A stretch of DNA of 64,000 bases from Rhina ancylostomus (GCA_030265395.1 JARFYF010000051.1:29254196-29318195); one strand, 5' to 3'. Shown: positions 39,601-51,399, numbered from the stretch's first letter. Notes: generated by a model not told the origin, from the sequence alone. Program-made: numbers and translations.

Positions 39601-42600
39601 CAGAGTCCACTCAAGTAAAAGACCAAAACAAAAAAGTAACCGTTTCACTAGCGTGCATTTTGTTTTCAAGAATACAGCTTCTTCAAACAGGACTGATTGG
39701 CTGACCACTGCCAGCTGTTCAAAACTCCATGCAAGGCAATTACAAAGCTTGGCTTCTTCGGAAGGAAAAGTACAGCAAGTTTACAATGCTACTGCACTCA
39801 TGCAGAGTTCAAGCTCCTACGAGATAGTCTGAGAATGGGAATTTTAACATGAAAAATCTGGAAATAAGTAGATACCAGTAAAAGTGGCTGTGAAGTTGCA
39901 GGTTTGTCTAAAACCGCAACCAATGTCCTCTAAAGGCCCTTATCTAACTTGGCAATGACTGTCTGGCCGCCACATCAATGTATTTGGCACCTAACTGTCC
40001 TCATAAATAGCTTAGCAAATCACCCAATTGTTTATTTATTTAAATTTAATTTTCAGCGCGGTAACAGGCCCTTCCGGCCTAACAAGTCCACGCTGTCCAT
40101 TTTAAGCCCCAAATTAACCTACCCGTACATCTTTGGAATGTGGGAGGAAACCGGAGCACCCAGAGGAAACCCACGCAGACACGNNNNNNNNNNNNNNNNN
40201 NNNNNNNNNNNNNNCGACAGTCTAGGGTTCTTCTGCCACAGGAGAGGGAGGGGTGGGGTCAGGCGAGGAAGCCCCTCAAATATTGTAAATATGGGACTGG
40301 GGTATCACCCCAGGGAGCCACACGAGTGGCATCGGTGCTGAGTCTTTATATATAAGAAGTAACACTAAGATCGGAACTGTACACGAATGTAAAGGTTTGA
40401 ACTGTTTCATTATTGTATATAGTCTATTTTGTATTATGAATAAAGTTTGTTAAAAAAAATTACCCTCCTGCATTATCACACAACCAACATTCAAACTGCT
40501 AACATCAATCTCAATTCTTTTTACATGGCTCTTTATAAAGCAGAATTCATTGGGAGAGCCCCTTCCAGATGGGCAGGATACAAGCCATTGGTTGCAAATG
40601 TATTCCTAAATGTGTTTCTTTTATTAACATTTTTTAAAAATCTTTGTCACGTTACCCTCAATGGCAACTGAAGTGCCTTCAGAGAATGTGACAGAATGCA
40701 GGTTCTCTGGTCAGAAAACCCCACAAAACAAATTTTGAGCCCTTTATAGACACTTAAGCAGTTTCACAACCCAAAAAAATAAAGGGACAACAGCTTGCAC
40801 ATGAAAAATTTACACGAGCACAGGTTCGGAAGATCATGTTATTTTTAAAAAAAGGTCATTTACAAAGCAAGCTGAACTCATTCTAACGATAACTTTTGCT
40901 CATGAAAAGTCACTTAAGTATTGCTTCACTTGCTTAAATATGAAGACTTTCAGAACATTCAGTATTAGTGTAGAACTCTTTTACCTTGAAAGTCATGATG
41001 AGGTGGGTAAAATGGAATTCAGCCTCCAGATCCAATTGAAGAGAAACATTTTCGATGCCTATAGAAAATTTTTTTTTAAATTGAGTAAAAGGATAAAAAC
41101 TTAACTATACCATTAAGTTCCAATGAATGAAACTTGTATTAAGAGACAAAACTGAAAACAAATGACATGGACATAACATGAAAATATATCACAGACCATG
41201 CAACCCAATTGGTATCTGCACTTCAAACAAACAACCTCACACCACAGAAGAGGATAGAGGAAATAAAACTTGAATGGTCACATTATAAAAGTGCCGTCAT
41301 GGATCATGGACAGTTTGTAGCACAAGATGGAAAGTGGAGCAATGAAACCAAGTGCAGAATCTAGAAGGAATGCCATTTGTGGACATGTGGTTTACCATTC
41401 TTTTTTTTAAAAAAAAAGTACCAATTTTAAGGATTTACATCAACAGAAATTCTTGCAATGTGCCTAATATGTGGAACTTGTTATTTTGAACTGAGCAGAC
41501 AAATGCATCACGCTTTATTTAGTGCATGTTTGAAGTAACAATGCAACTACAAAGAAAATACTTGGCAGTTCATAATAAGGCTCTATAATATTTAAACATT
41601 ATTCCATGTCAGTTGCAGAAGCAGAACAGTTGGACAAAAAGTAATGGAGAACTTTGTATCTCGCTTCAAAATGAAAAGATTCAATGTACATCCCAGAATA
41701 CTATTAGAAATCAAGGGGTCCAAGATATTTCTAGATGAAAAAAGCTGAATGGCTTTCCTCATCCATGATAACTTTCAAATTTTGTTGAGATTGCTGCGTA
41801 TTTTCCCTCAAGTTATCTAACAGATGGAACTCGGCAACATTTGATGTAATGAATCAACAAGAGAAAATAAGTGCAGGTCACAACATTGCACCATGATGTT
41901 AACAGCAGAAGGTGCTTCCTCTGCTTACAACTAACTGTTAGCCATGTGCAAATACTGCAGGGCCCAATATAACAGTTAATCAAGAGAGTTCCATGGGCCA
42001 AGGAATTATTTCAAATGAATTTCAGAGGAAATTTAGTTAGTCTTTTATTTGGAAATGTAGGTCTGACATGTAACTATCTAAACCATTTTTAAATACTTGG
42101 GTCAAACTAATGTTCAGGGCTACTCAATAAATTTTCACAAAATCAATCACATTTTTACAGATGAAGATCATAAGCACTTAAGCCATTAATAAGTTTCATT
42201 TGAGAAAATATTGGTATCAACACTTACCCAATTTTAGTGTAATATCTAAGTTCCCTTTACTCCAAGAGATCACTGCACAATGCGATTACAACATGCTCTA
42301 TCAACTTTGAGCTCTCTAATAAAGAATATTTCTCACATTTCTTTTTTCTTGTTACACCTTTTTAAATTGCAAGGTCAATTGAGATATTGTTCCACTGCAA
42401 ACAGATGTTCTCACTCATTCACAATTCACAGCACAGGGTGACTGAACAGAAATGAGCACTGGAAACCTTAGCCGATTTTGTTCACTCTCTCCCTTGTACC
42501 ATTGTGTCCCTGTCTTTTTCACAGTTCAGAAGCACCAAAACCAATTATACTAACCAGCTGTGAACGAATTGAGCAAAGGATTACAAATAAAGAGTGATCT

Positions 42601-45600
42601 GGTCATCATGTCTCAGTAGCCCATGAAGTATCACTTAAGTCAACAAATCATTACATTGAAAGCTTTAAGTTAATGTCACTGCATTAAATTTTCACAAACA
42701 GCAGAAAGCTTGTTAGCCTAAATAAATAAGATTCTAAATACATAAACAATCAGTTCCTACTTAACAATGAATACATTCAATTCACACAGGAACTAACACA
42801 TACCATTCTCAGACTGCCACCAGGTATTCAGTCGGTTGTGAGCAAAAGTCGTGACCACATTCTCAATTCTGTGGCTGTTTTGATTTTCAGCAAAAGGAGC
42901 CCGCGAATCACACGAAAAGCATTTCTTTTCTTCCTGAAAAATCCAATTCAAAATGCATCTTTTCTATTTTCCCAATTCTTAATGCAATCTTGATAATGAT
43001 GAGATCAGAGATTTGCCAAGATTTGTCAGAGTTACAACAAAAGACCAGCATCCCTATTGATGGTTTGGGAAAAGATGCAATCGAGTTCCTCAATGCTATT
43101 AAGCTATCACTATTGGAAGTTGGAGACACAAGAGACTCTAGATGCCAGAATATGGAGCAATAAACAATCTGCTGGAGGAACTCAGTGGATCAAGCAGCAA
43201 CGTTGGGATGAAAGGAACTGTCAACGTTTCAGGTTGAAACCCCGCATCGGGAGTGATGCAAGGTTTCGACCCAAAATGTTAACAATTCCTTTCCTCCCAC
43301 AGATACTGCTCAACTGCAGAGATCCTCCAGCAGACTGAATATTGGAAGGGGCATCAACATCGCAGCAGAAGGCAGGGTTAACAACATATTACAGTAAAAC
43401 AACATTACAACAACTTGCAGAAATGTGGCATTTTTAATATAGTAATATCACGAAGCTTTTCACAAAATATTAATAAAGTGACAACACCATAAAATCTATT
43501 GGGACATACAATCTAAAGTTTAGTCAAAGAGATTTAAGATTTTAAGGACCATCTATTTTAAAATGTGTTAAAAGGCAGAGAGGTAGAGATGTTTAGCGAT
43601 GACTATCCAGGGCTCAAGGCCACCAAGGGGAGTGTGATGAAAATCAGGACTGTGCAAGAGACCTTGAGGGCTGCAGAAGTGTTGACAGAACAAGGGTAGG
43701 AAAGTATTGGGAGGATTTGAAAAAAATTAACATTATGGTTTACTAGCATGGATCAACAAGAACAGGAATGATAGCAAACTGGGTGTGGTAAAGTTGGCAG
43801 ACCGTTAGCAGTTCTGGATGAACTCGAGCATTCAAAAGGTGCACATGGGAGGCCAGCTGGGACATCACTGAAATAGCTCAACCTAGAGAGAAGGGTTTCA
43901 GGAGCAAATGTAGCAGACTAGAATAGGAGGGAATTGATAAAGTTGTGGTTCTTAGTCAAATGCAGCTGAGGTGGTAACAGTAAGATGTCCTTTTGCTTAT
44001 GTCTGTTCTACCCATCTAATGTACATTAATTTGCACTGTTTTTCACTGTTCTTGGGGAAATAGAACTGGGACAAGTTAGGTCCGCAGTTTAACAACAGAT
44101 CAGAAGCATCTTGAAATACGAATACTTAAAGTGACAGGTATTGCCAAATATAAAGCTTGTGTTTACAATACTCTATATCTGCAAGCGTCTCTCACCATTA
44201 CAAAAATACAGAACTCTGTATAGTGGAAACAGATGGCTACATATTAAAACACGCACACCACAAACATAAAAATTTGGTTTAATAAGTTCAGAGTGGAGTT
44301 AACAACGCAACCTCAAATGAACCATGCATTACAATCTAACACCATAAAATATTCAAACATGAACTTTGTGACTCCTAAATGATGAACTATTTATGGTGGA
44401 AACAGTCAAGCTCCATTTTTGTACGTCAGATCCCAGCACCAAAATTACATGCTTTGTGACCATTAATCTTGCATCTAACTCATTCCCACAAAAAGTTTGC
44501 CAACTGCTTTTTCCAACAGCAAAATTAAAGACTTTTGGAAATCATAGATTACTGCTTTAGATAACTGGTTCATGCCTTTGATTGTTTTTAATTGCTATAC
44601 TTTTCAAGCCATCAAGAACAGACTAGCCAATTTAACTACCAGTAATTTATCACTGCCTTCCCAGTAAATCAGGTATCATAAAAACAATTTGAGGGGTAAA
44701 ATTTAATTTCAACAAGGCACAGCATCAGCTGCCAATTATACATGTTTCCTTTCCAAGGATTTAAACTTTGAGCAAAGTTTCTATCTTTAAAAAGCAACTT
44801 AACAGCAGTTGGCCATGGAATTTGATAATTATTGGCATAAAGTCTAAAATACAAAACAGCTTTTGTACATTAAGGAGCATCATGCTTTTTAAATGTTTAC
44901 AAATAACTTTGCTGTTTCCTTAGCAAGTACAATTCGTGAAATAATTGTGCCTGTACTTGGAGATGTATATGGTTTTCAAAGAAAATTGTGTAAATTCCAG
45001 CATGTTGATCAGTAATCTCCAACTTCATTTGCACTGAGATGAGCCACCATAGCTAACATTAACCAGTGATGTGGTTTTGGCATTTGATTGTCCCCATGAG
45101 CAAATCAATTAACAAAGAAGTCACACTGGCCCAATTCCTTCAAGGTATCATTACTTGCACAATTTCTTGAATAAATGACTAGATAAGCAGTGGCACCACT
45201 CAAAGTTAACTGTTCGAGACACTGCTTGCAAAATAAAGACAAAACAGGACTGCTGATTACAAGCAATTATCTCAAAAAGCAGCTGTCAGACTCCAATTGA
45301 TTAGACCTATTGAAAGACTGGCTTTACTAGGCAACTATAACAAAAGCAGTAACCAGTTAAACAACTTGTTTATTCATTTCAAAATATCTACAATACTGCT
45401 CTTTGTGTTTACCTATATTAGAGAACAAAACAATCAAATGAAAATACTCAATTGGCAAATTCAGCATTTAGAATGTACAACTGCAGACTGAACAGTAACG
45501 TTATGCAAAATACTCAAATTAGCACTGATCAAGCAGCAGGTGATCCGGGAAAAAAAATTAACTCTTCAGATGATGTATACTTGAGCTGAGATTCCCAGAT

Positions 45601-48600
45601 GCAAATGCAATGGGAAAATATTCTAATCCTTTTCACTTTGTTGAACATAATAAAGGCAGAATTATGGGTAAAAACTGCACGACTCTCAACCAGACATGCA
45701 GAGAAAGATACTGCATTGGATGATTGAGCTTTTGCTGTGTCACTTTTGATCAGTATAGCTACAAATTACTGTTCTTTGTTTCCTTGAGTCACCACCTTTG
45801 AACAAAGATATTTACTTTGAGTGCTGGTTGATGATGTTGCTGTTACTGGTTCAGTTACAGAAGCAGCTTTGCAAACTATCTTGTCAGAGTTAAAAACCAC
45901 TCTCTAATATGATCTCATCACTTATCTATTTTAATATGAGCCAAAAAGGCATGCAATCTCCATCTGGACTGATCAGAAGAATACTGCTCATTTGCTCTGC
46001 TTCTGTCAAAGGAGGGTAACATTCGTTCACTGCTCTCCTGTTTACGATATAGTCAATTGCTGGTTGCACTGAATTAAGTCATGCATAAACCCTTTGTGAT
46101 TACATTGCTGGTACTCACTGCCCTTGCTTTGCAGGAACCAGTCACTTTAAACCAACGGAAAATATGCATGTCCACATTTTTGTGAAATAATGCTGCAATC
46201 AGTTCCAGATAGTCAGACCTTTTTATGTTACGCAGTACGGATGATAAGGAGAATGTAGAGTTTGCCACCGGCTATACTTCTGTGAATGCAAAGGCATTTG
46301 ATGTGGTAAATTACAGAAACAAATACCCCATGAATTGCAACTGTAAAGTGAATATATTCAGTCAAAACCAAGAACATACAGTGGTAATTTCCTAGGACTT
46401 CAAAACCTCAGAAACCTGCTGAGCAGGGCTTAATTCTTAATATTAAATAAAGATCGATAGTACTTTCTTCCACTTCCAAAACATTGCTCATCCCAGCCTC
46501 TACTTCTCCCCAGTAAATCACGGTTCAGTGTCTCACTGTTTCCCTCTTGGTTTCCATGCTGCTCAATGATATTTAAGTCCATTCCTCTCCTGTACAAAGT
46601 TTTGTGGATTATCAATGTCCTCACCTTCCAAACAAATACTGCACGCTTATGCCACTGACTGACTTCTGTTTTCAGTCTTAAAATCTTCCTTAGATTACCC
46701 TGGCTTAACTCATGACTTCTATAGCTCTTGGTTTATATTTGGATCAGAAGTTCTCCCTATAGTCGAATAATTCCTTGGGATCTTTACATTCACATGAACA
46801 GATAAATGGGCCTTGGTCTAATGTCACATCCATGTTAATGGTACAAAGTGCAGCAGTTCCTCATTGACGCTTAGTGTGAAAAAATAAACTTTAACATATT
46901 TTCATTGGTGATACAAATAAAGTTGCAGCAGATGCAAGTACTTTATTTTAAATAAAAGCTATTGACCCCTAACAGACTAAAACACCCAGGTGCTGCTATC
47001 AAAAAGAAAGTTGCACTCACTCCAGAGTAGCAATGCTCTTTTCAAAAATTAATTATCCGGAGACAAGTTCCTTCAATGATGAAAACTTCAATAGAGAAAT
47101 CTAAAAGCATCTTAAAACTCCATTTTCACAAGTATGCACATGCACAATTCTTTTTGAGAAGTGCAATTTGACCCACAGTAGAATTAGAACAGTTTCCACA
47201 TCATTGGGTGCCTTGAGGGAATACTACAAAGCTGCTTTTTAAAGTAATTGTGTGACACAAATAGTTAAATAGTTCCCATCAAGATATATTTGAACTATCC
47301 TGGGTTATCTTGCACAGGTGTTCAGGCACACCCTCATATGGGACATCACAAGGCAGCAGCTAAAGACAAAGCAATTTGTGAATGAAGCAGGTAGTTAATC
47401 TCGACACAAAAGCCAAGCATGGGACAGGCTTTACTGCACAAATATTTTCTGAATTGAATGTACCAGTATGGTTCTCTTTTCCTCAATACTATCATATTCA
47501 ATAAAATGTACATCATACCTGAAGGTGGCTAACGATACAGAAGGGCTCAGGTTTTTGCAAGCCACAAGTGGAGGTGGCAGAGAGCTTATCAGCTCGCCCA
47601 ATCAACAGATCTCCTGTAGCTGGATAACAGCTTCCCTCTGCACAGCCATAACTGAACTCTGGCTCTTGAGAGAGAGCACAGTGCCAAAGGGTGACTGGAA
47701 GACAAAGCATAGATTATAATAAACAGTAGCTTCAAAGAAACGGAGACCATTCTACCCTTCCTGCCAGTGCCAACTCTTCCAAAGTATCCAATAAGACCCA
47801 TTCCATCNNNNNNNNNNNNNNNNNNNNNNNNNNNNNNNNNNNNNNNNNNNNNNNNNNNNNNNNNNNNNNNNNNNNNNNCACCCCTCCCCCCACCCCCCCC
47901 CCCCAAAGCCGAGCAATTTTTCTTTCCGAGTGTAAACGCAATTTAATGCAAGATTTCTATCTGTAAACACGTGCCTAAAATGTACTGAGCATATTTATCA
48001 CAGAAGTATTTTATTCAATATTCATTACAAGATTTTGCTGCTATTAAAAATGTACAAGGATCGGAGGACAGATCGTGGGTTAAGAGTCAGACTGATTGAA
48101 ATTCACAGAATGGGGATCATCAGTTATTTCATTTGGTTACCAAACTTACTGATGGCTTCCTCCACAATACTTTCATCCAGATTGGGTGTGTGTACACGTG
48201 CATTCTTCCAAGCTCTGAAATATTGGTAACATTCCCAATTGTATTAGTTTGGATGGAAGTAAAGGAAGTTAATATTGATTCATGCTGCTGTTTGCTGTGG
48301 AGCATGAGGCCCGTTCTGTGTGAAGCAACCTTTCACTCAACTGGGAATCAGATTACCAATCGTTTCCAGTGCTGAAGGACAAGCTTGAGTTGATGCACTT
48401 AGATGGGCATTTCAGACAAATTAAAATACTGGTCGTAACAGGGAAACATATTTTAAATAGAGCTGGTAAATCTGTAAAGTACCAAACATAAAACTTATGT
48501 TTAAAAACAAGTTCGGATTCCCAAATGAAAAAATCTGGCTGATAAATAATTTAAAATTTACACCTTTTAGTTTAGTAGGCGCCTTATTGAATTAACCCTA

Positions 48601-49146
48601 CAAATTGCGACGTAAACATTTTTTTAAGAGTTCATGTAATGAGGGGCTGAGAATTACTGGGAGAATGAGAATCCCTTTGAAGAACAGCGTTCAACAGCTG
48701 GTCCTGCTGGAATCAAGCTGCTCCGATTCCGACCAGGACTTGAAGAACTGGAGCGAACTTCTTCATTACGAATAAGTTTGTGAAGTGAGGTCAGGGGTTC
48801 TACCGGTAACTTGGGGAATTACTAACGGATCTCCGACAAAGCATCAGTGCGGGGAAAGAGAATTCCGGATTAAGGACAGTGGCAACTTTTCACTTAAATT
48901 TAACTGTGAGGGTGTTTCCTAAAAATGAAACAGTCACAAATTTGTCCCAGTTTATTTCAACTCATTTTCGGAACTGGGCGCGGAGTGAGCAGGTAAGAGT
49001 TACAGTATGCAATTATTATCTTTCCTTAAGTTTCGACCGTGCCCCTTAAATAAAAGCTCTCTAATTTGTTTGGGGAAAAGGAAATATCTTTCCCCCGCCC
49101 CCCAAAAGAACTTACCCCAAATACTTAAACACCAGAAGAGCAACAT
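18568..49146 (-). CDS. lamb1: Laminin subunit beta-1, spliced and 3'-partial (23 coding exons in window, 3379 nt, ~1126 aa; coiled-coil exons outside window)
   Basis: Manual splicing gives an uninterrupted frame with matching phases: [45 protein letters not shown]... The mature N-terminus and [14 protein letters not shown] are LAMB1-type rather than LAMB2/LAMB4. All introns are GT-AG except one GC-AG. Confidence 0.97.
19444..19661 (-). CDS. lamb1: lamb1 coding exon 22 (218 nt, LE)
   Basis: ttttag|AG...GAG|GTGAG; [56 protein letters not shown]...SSCNE. Confidence 0.97.
21270..21650 (+). mobile_element. DeuSINE-like (SacSINE1/AmnSINE1-related) decayed copy
   Basis: ggatcttttatgttaacttagagggcaaat...aaagatgggacatctcacaatactgcactc...gtatggcact resembles the Deu domain. 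Confidence 0.55.
21770..21948 (+). mobile_element. CR1 LINE remnant: internal RT piece fused directly to 3' tail
   Basis: [41 protein letters not shown] followed by tail ctgtgctgtagtgtgctatggttctat. Confidence 0.8.
22512..22736 (-). CDS. lamb1: lamb1 coding exon 21 (225 nt, LE)
   Basis: tgacag|GT...ATAA|GTAAG; [58 protein letters not shown]...QQNCI. Confidence 0.97.
23425..23588 (-). CDS. lamb1: lamb1 coding exon 20 (164 nt, LE)
   Basis: ttgcag|C...ACAG|GTATG; [54 protein letters not shown]. Confidence 0.97.
23694..23925 (-). CDS. lamb1: lamb1 coding exon 19 (232 nt, LE)
   Basis: ttttag|CT...GAGAG|GTATT; [57 protein letters not shown]... Confidence 0.97.
24370..24535. mobile_element. Penelope-like inverted pLTR remnant
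   Basis: gcagatgctggaaatct...ctcagtagttcaggcagtatc / gatgctgattgacctgctgagcacctccag. Confidence 0.6.
25160..25545 (-). mobile_element. CR1 LINE 3' fragment
   Basis: gaattaggagtaggccat... matches the reverse CR1 tail at 52707. Confidence 0.6.
25910..26053 (-). CDS. lamb1: lamb1 coding exon 18 (144 nt, LE)
   Basis: ccccag|CG...AGAC|GTAAG; [48 protein letters not shown]. Confidence 0.97.
27404..27605 (-). CDS. lamb1: lamb1 coding exon 17 (202 nt, LF/IV-B end)
   Basis: ttccag|CTT...CTGT|GTAAG; [16 protein letters not shown]...[41 protein letters not shown]. Confidence 0.97.
27770..28380 (+). mobile_element. CR1 LINE 3' fragment
   Basis: ORF 27812-28027 [15 protein letters not shown]...[11 protein letters not shown]; tail gggctgagtgacttgctcctgaattcata. 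Confidence 0.85.
28630..28750 (-). CDS. lamb1: lamb1 coding exon 16 (121 nt, LF/IV-B)
   Basis: ttctag|G...TCG|GTAGG; [41 protein letters not shown]. Confidence 0.97.
28924..29051 (-). CDS. lamb1: lamb1 coding exon 15 (128 nt, LF/IV-B)
   Basis: gttcag|CTG...CCAG|GTTGG; [42 protein letters not shown]. Confidence 0.96.
29142..29300 (-). CDS. lamb1: lamb1 coding exon 14 (159 nt, LF/IV-B)
   Basis: ttgcag|GGT...CAG|GTTAA; [33 protein letters not shown]...LIRYEPQ. Confidence 0.97.
29387..29522 (-). CDS. lamb1: lamb1 coding exon 13 (136 nt, LE and start of LF/IV-B)
   Basis: ctgtag|C...CCA|GTAAG; [45 protein letters not shown]. Confidence 0.97.
30271..30350 (-). CDS. lamb1: lamb1 coding exon 12 (80 nt, LE)
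   Basis: tttacag|CCT...AATGA|GTAAG; [26 protein letters not shown]. Confidence 0.97.
31339..31451 (-). CDS. lamb1: lamb1 coding exon 11 (113 nt, LE)
   Basis: catttag|CG...TTG|GTAAG; [38 protein letters not shown]. Confidence 0.97.
32861..33040 (-). CDS. lamb1: lamb1 coding exon 10 (180 nt, LE)
   Basis: atgcag|CT...CAGC|GTAAG; [60 protein letters not shown]. Confidence 0.97.
33500..33688 (-). CDS. lamb1: lamb1 coding exon 9 (189 nt, LE)
   Basis: tttcag|GG...GAGC|GTAAG; [52 protein letters not shown]. Confidence 0.97.
35186..35306 (-). CDS. lamb1: lamb1 coding exon 8 (121 nt, LE)
   Basis: ttttccag|GTA...CAAA|GTGAG; [40 protein letters not shown]. Confidence 0.97.
36813..37018 (-). CDS. lamb1: lamb1 coding exon 7 (206 nt, LN end and LE1 start), GC donor
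   Basis: ttttgaag|AT...AAG|GCAAGT; [26 protein letters not shown]...[28 protein letters not shown]; phase 0 fits next exon. Confidence 0.93.
37485..38535 (+). mobile_element. CR1 LINE 3' part (RT), frameshifted, N-gap inside
   Basis: [62 protein letters not shown]; ctgtactgtgctgtagtgttcta tail. Confidence 0.93.
39075..39138 (-). CDS. lamb1: lamb1 coding exon 6 (64 nt, LN)
   Basis: tttag|GTT...CAAA|GTAA; [21 protein letters not shown]. Confidence 0.96.
39337..39525 (-). CDS. lamb1: lamb1 coding exon 5 (189 nt, LN)
   Basis: ctcag|ACA...GAG|GTTTGT; [29 protein letters not shown]...DIEPSTEGE. Confidence 0.97.
39790..40030 (+). mobile_element. Unclassified tRNA-derived SINE
   Basis: gagttcaagctcc...aatgtcctctaaagg...aaatagcttagcaaatcac; similar to 51400-51720. 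Confidence 0.45.
40035..40182 (-). mobile_element. V-SINE 3' half, cut by N-gap
   Basis: ggaatgtgggaggaaaccggagcacccagaggaaacccacgcagac = reverse V-domain of the 287-578 copy. Confidence 0.85.
40985..41058 (-). CDS. lamb1: lamb1 coding exon 4 (74 nt, LN)
   Basis: tctatag|GC...AAG|GTAA; [24 protein letters not shown]. Confidence 0.97.
42804..42933 (-). CDS. lamb1: lamb1 coding exon 3 (130 nt, LN)
   Basis: ttttcag|GAA...AATG|GTATG; [44 protein letters not shown]. Confidence 0.97.
43125..43340. mobile_element. Penelope-like inverted pLTR pair
   Basis: Imperfect inverted repeat arms 43168-43248 and 43255-43334. Confidence 0.7.
46740..46880 (+). mobile_element. DeuSINE-like Deu-domain fragment
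   Basis: gggatctttacattcacatga...gggccttggtctaatgtcacatcc...agtgcagcagttcctca. Confidence 0.55.
47519..47694 (-). CDS. lamb1: lamb1 coding exon 2 (176 nt, signal peptide end and LN start)
   Basis: ttccag|TC...CAG|GTATGA; [59 protein letters not shown]. Confidence 0.97.
49116..49146 (-). CDS. lamb1: lamb1 coding exon 1 (31 nt, start of signal peptide [10 protein letters not shown])
   Basis: ccggcaATG (purine at -3); donor TGGG|GTAAGT; phase 1 fits next exon. Confidence 0.9.
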
Positions 49147-49420
49147 TGCCGGATAGCTACTCTTCGAGAAGAGAGCGCAGCTGATCAACGGTGACGAGAG
49201 CCGCAGTTGTCTTGCAGGACCGTTGAAGTGTCTGGGCTCCCTCTCTCCGGGCGCCGCTCCCACTCCAGGAGCGGGCAGACCCTGCACGCATGCGTCCGCC
49301 CACTCCTCACTCGGCCGGCTCCTTCCCGCCTCGCCGGCTGCCTCCCTGATGCAGAGGGTCTGCCGGCCGTGGGAGACGTCCGATACCGACGTCAAATGTT
49401 TCTGCTACGAAACGAAATTC
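49147..49420 (-). promoter_or_regulatory. CpG-rich lamb1 promoter / 5' UTR
   Basis: Most CpG-dense stretch in the window; GC box (ccgccc 49296-49301), NRF1-like palindrome acgcatgcgt (49286-49295), CRE-like tgacgtc near 49388-49394; no TATA seen; TSS not determinable. Confidence 0.75.
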
Positions 49421-50089
49421 CCGTCTCCAGAGGCTCTGCTTTGTGTAGACGGAGGAGGGAAGTGAATGAAAACCGCAGAGAGATTAAAGGGTGAGAAGAA
49501 AGACTAGCGACCAAACACAAAAGGAAGTAGTAAAGGATCAGGAGGTAATTAACTACAGATGAGAGAGGCATCCAGAAGCCCTCAGGGACCTTAGTTGTGA
49601 CACCCATTAACTTCAGAGATTTCATCTCAATTGCCATTATTGAATTTTGAAAGTTTCTTAGTAATATGGTAATTTATCGCGCTTTGTCAGTGCTGTGCCT
49701 GTTATTTAGTCCTGCTTAATCTGCATAACTCTGCATTCTGTCACTTCGTTCTGAAACTCTGGAGTCCAACGTGATTATATAAATAATGAACAGTGTTCTG
49801 GCATTGATCTCTGGAACTTCGCTTCTTACCTTTTGCCAGTCTGAATAACTATCTTGCACCCCCACCCCCCGTACATTTCCATGTGTAAACCCAGTTTACC
49901 ATCCATTCTGGCACATGTTCCCACACTCCCATGTCGTTCTGATCCTAATCGATAATCAACTGTGTGCTTGAAGACAAATCAGTAAGTTGTCAAAAGGAAA
50001 TCTTCGAGCAGGTTTTGGTTATTCTGCCTTGATATTTTCTTGTTTTCAGGTAATTTTGTTTGGAAAAAGGAAGAAGTTGTTGAAAACAT

Positions 50090-50345
50090 TTTGAAAATTT
50101 ATTCCATTTGTAGCATCATCTTTGATCATTCTTTTCATTCAAAGAGTCCACTAATTGGTCAAGCATGACCTGAGAGCATTCCTTCCCAATGTCTTTCAAT
50201 TGCATCTTTTGGTGGGGCTACCATTGCCTTAGCTATATTAAACTAACTGGTCCACATCTCCCTGGATTTGTTCAATCTCTGTTTTTGAATTTAGGAGTAA
50301 CATTTCCTGCATCCTATTCCTCTGGCACTATTCCCTTTTCTAAAT
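50090..50345 (-). mobile_element. CR1 LINE internal fragment
   Basis: taaactaactggtcc..., tattcctctggcacta resemble reverse CR1 RPVSL region. Confidence 0.5.
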
Positions 50346-50697
50346 ACTTTTTATATGTTGTCATCACAGTGTAGGCAAAAGCAAATGCTCCATGTTTGGA
50401 TTTATTTTATCCTGAATAACTAGAGCTTTGCATTCCCTCACTCATTTTACTCTGAAGTAGAAAATGTTGGCAGGTAAAAAAGTATCAATCACCATTGATA
50501 TTTAGAACTCATCAAACATAATAAGGACTGTTTTTATTTGGTTAACGTTCAAGTTTATTCAATCTTGGATTGCGAAAAAACATCTGCACATGTATAGCAG
50601 AAAGCTCTGTTCTGTAAATTCGCTTGGGAACACCAANNNNNNNNNNNNNNNNNNNNNNNNNNNNNNNNNNNNNNNNNNNNNNNNNNNNNNNNNNNNN

Positions 50698-50835
50698 AGA
50701 TAAGCATATGGAGGAATTTAAAATAGGGGGATATGTGGGAGGAAGGGGTTAGATAGTCTTAGGTGTGGTTTAAAAGTCGGCACAACATGGTGGGCCGAAA
50801 GGCCTGTATTGTGCTGTACTGTTCTATGGTTCTGT
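50698..50835 (+). mobile_element. CR1 LINE 3' tail
   Basis: ggcacaacatggtgggccgaaaggcctgtattgtgctgtactgttctatggttct. Confidence 0.85.
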
Positions 50836-51399
50836 GGACTTTGATTACACTGGAAAGGCACCATTCCTTGTTCATTCCTTTGAGCATCAAGACACAACCA
50901 TAACCATACCTATGGTTGTAAGAGTCTTCCCCTGTTAGAACAATAAGATGCCTACTTGGTAGTTTGACAAATTTCATTACAATCCGTTCCCTACCAACCT
51001 TTGGTAAGATCAGAAAGATGACATTAGATTGAGGGATGTTTTTTACTAAGCAATGGGAATAAAACATCCAATTGTCAAAATTCACAGCTGAAAATATCAA
51101 GGGCAAGATCAGAATAGAATTATCACAGATATAAATGCAAAATGCTGCAAATCCAAAATGAAACAAAATGCTGAAATGCAGCAGGTCGGGCAGCATCTGT
51201 GAAGAGGTCAAGACCTTTCATCAGAACTCTCCCAGACATCAGCCAAAATCGTTGAGAACTACCTGACCAGTGATCAGGAACCTCAGAAATAGGGATTGAA
51301 TTTGGATCCAGATCCTTCTATAAGGATTGAATTGTATGTACCTTGAGTCTTAAAATCTAAATTCATAATATTTAGTTAAATATTGTTCAGTTACTAGAC

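Noticed and set aside
49207-49494. Plus-strand ORFs over the promoter (divergent gene?)
   Set aside because: Non-ATG starts, explained by GC-richness, no recognisable homology
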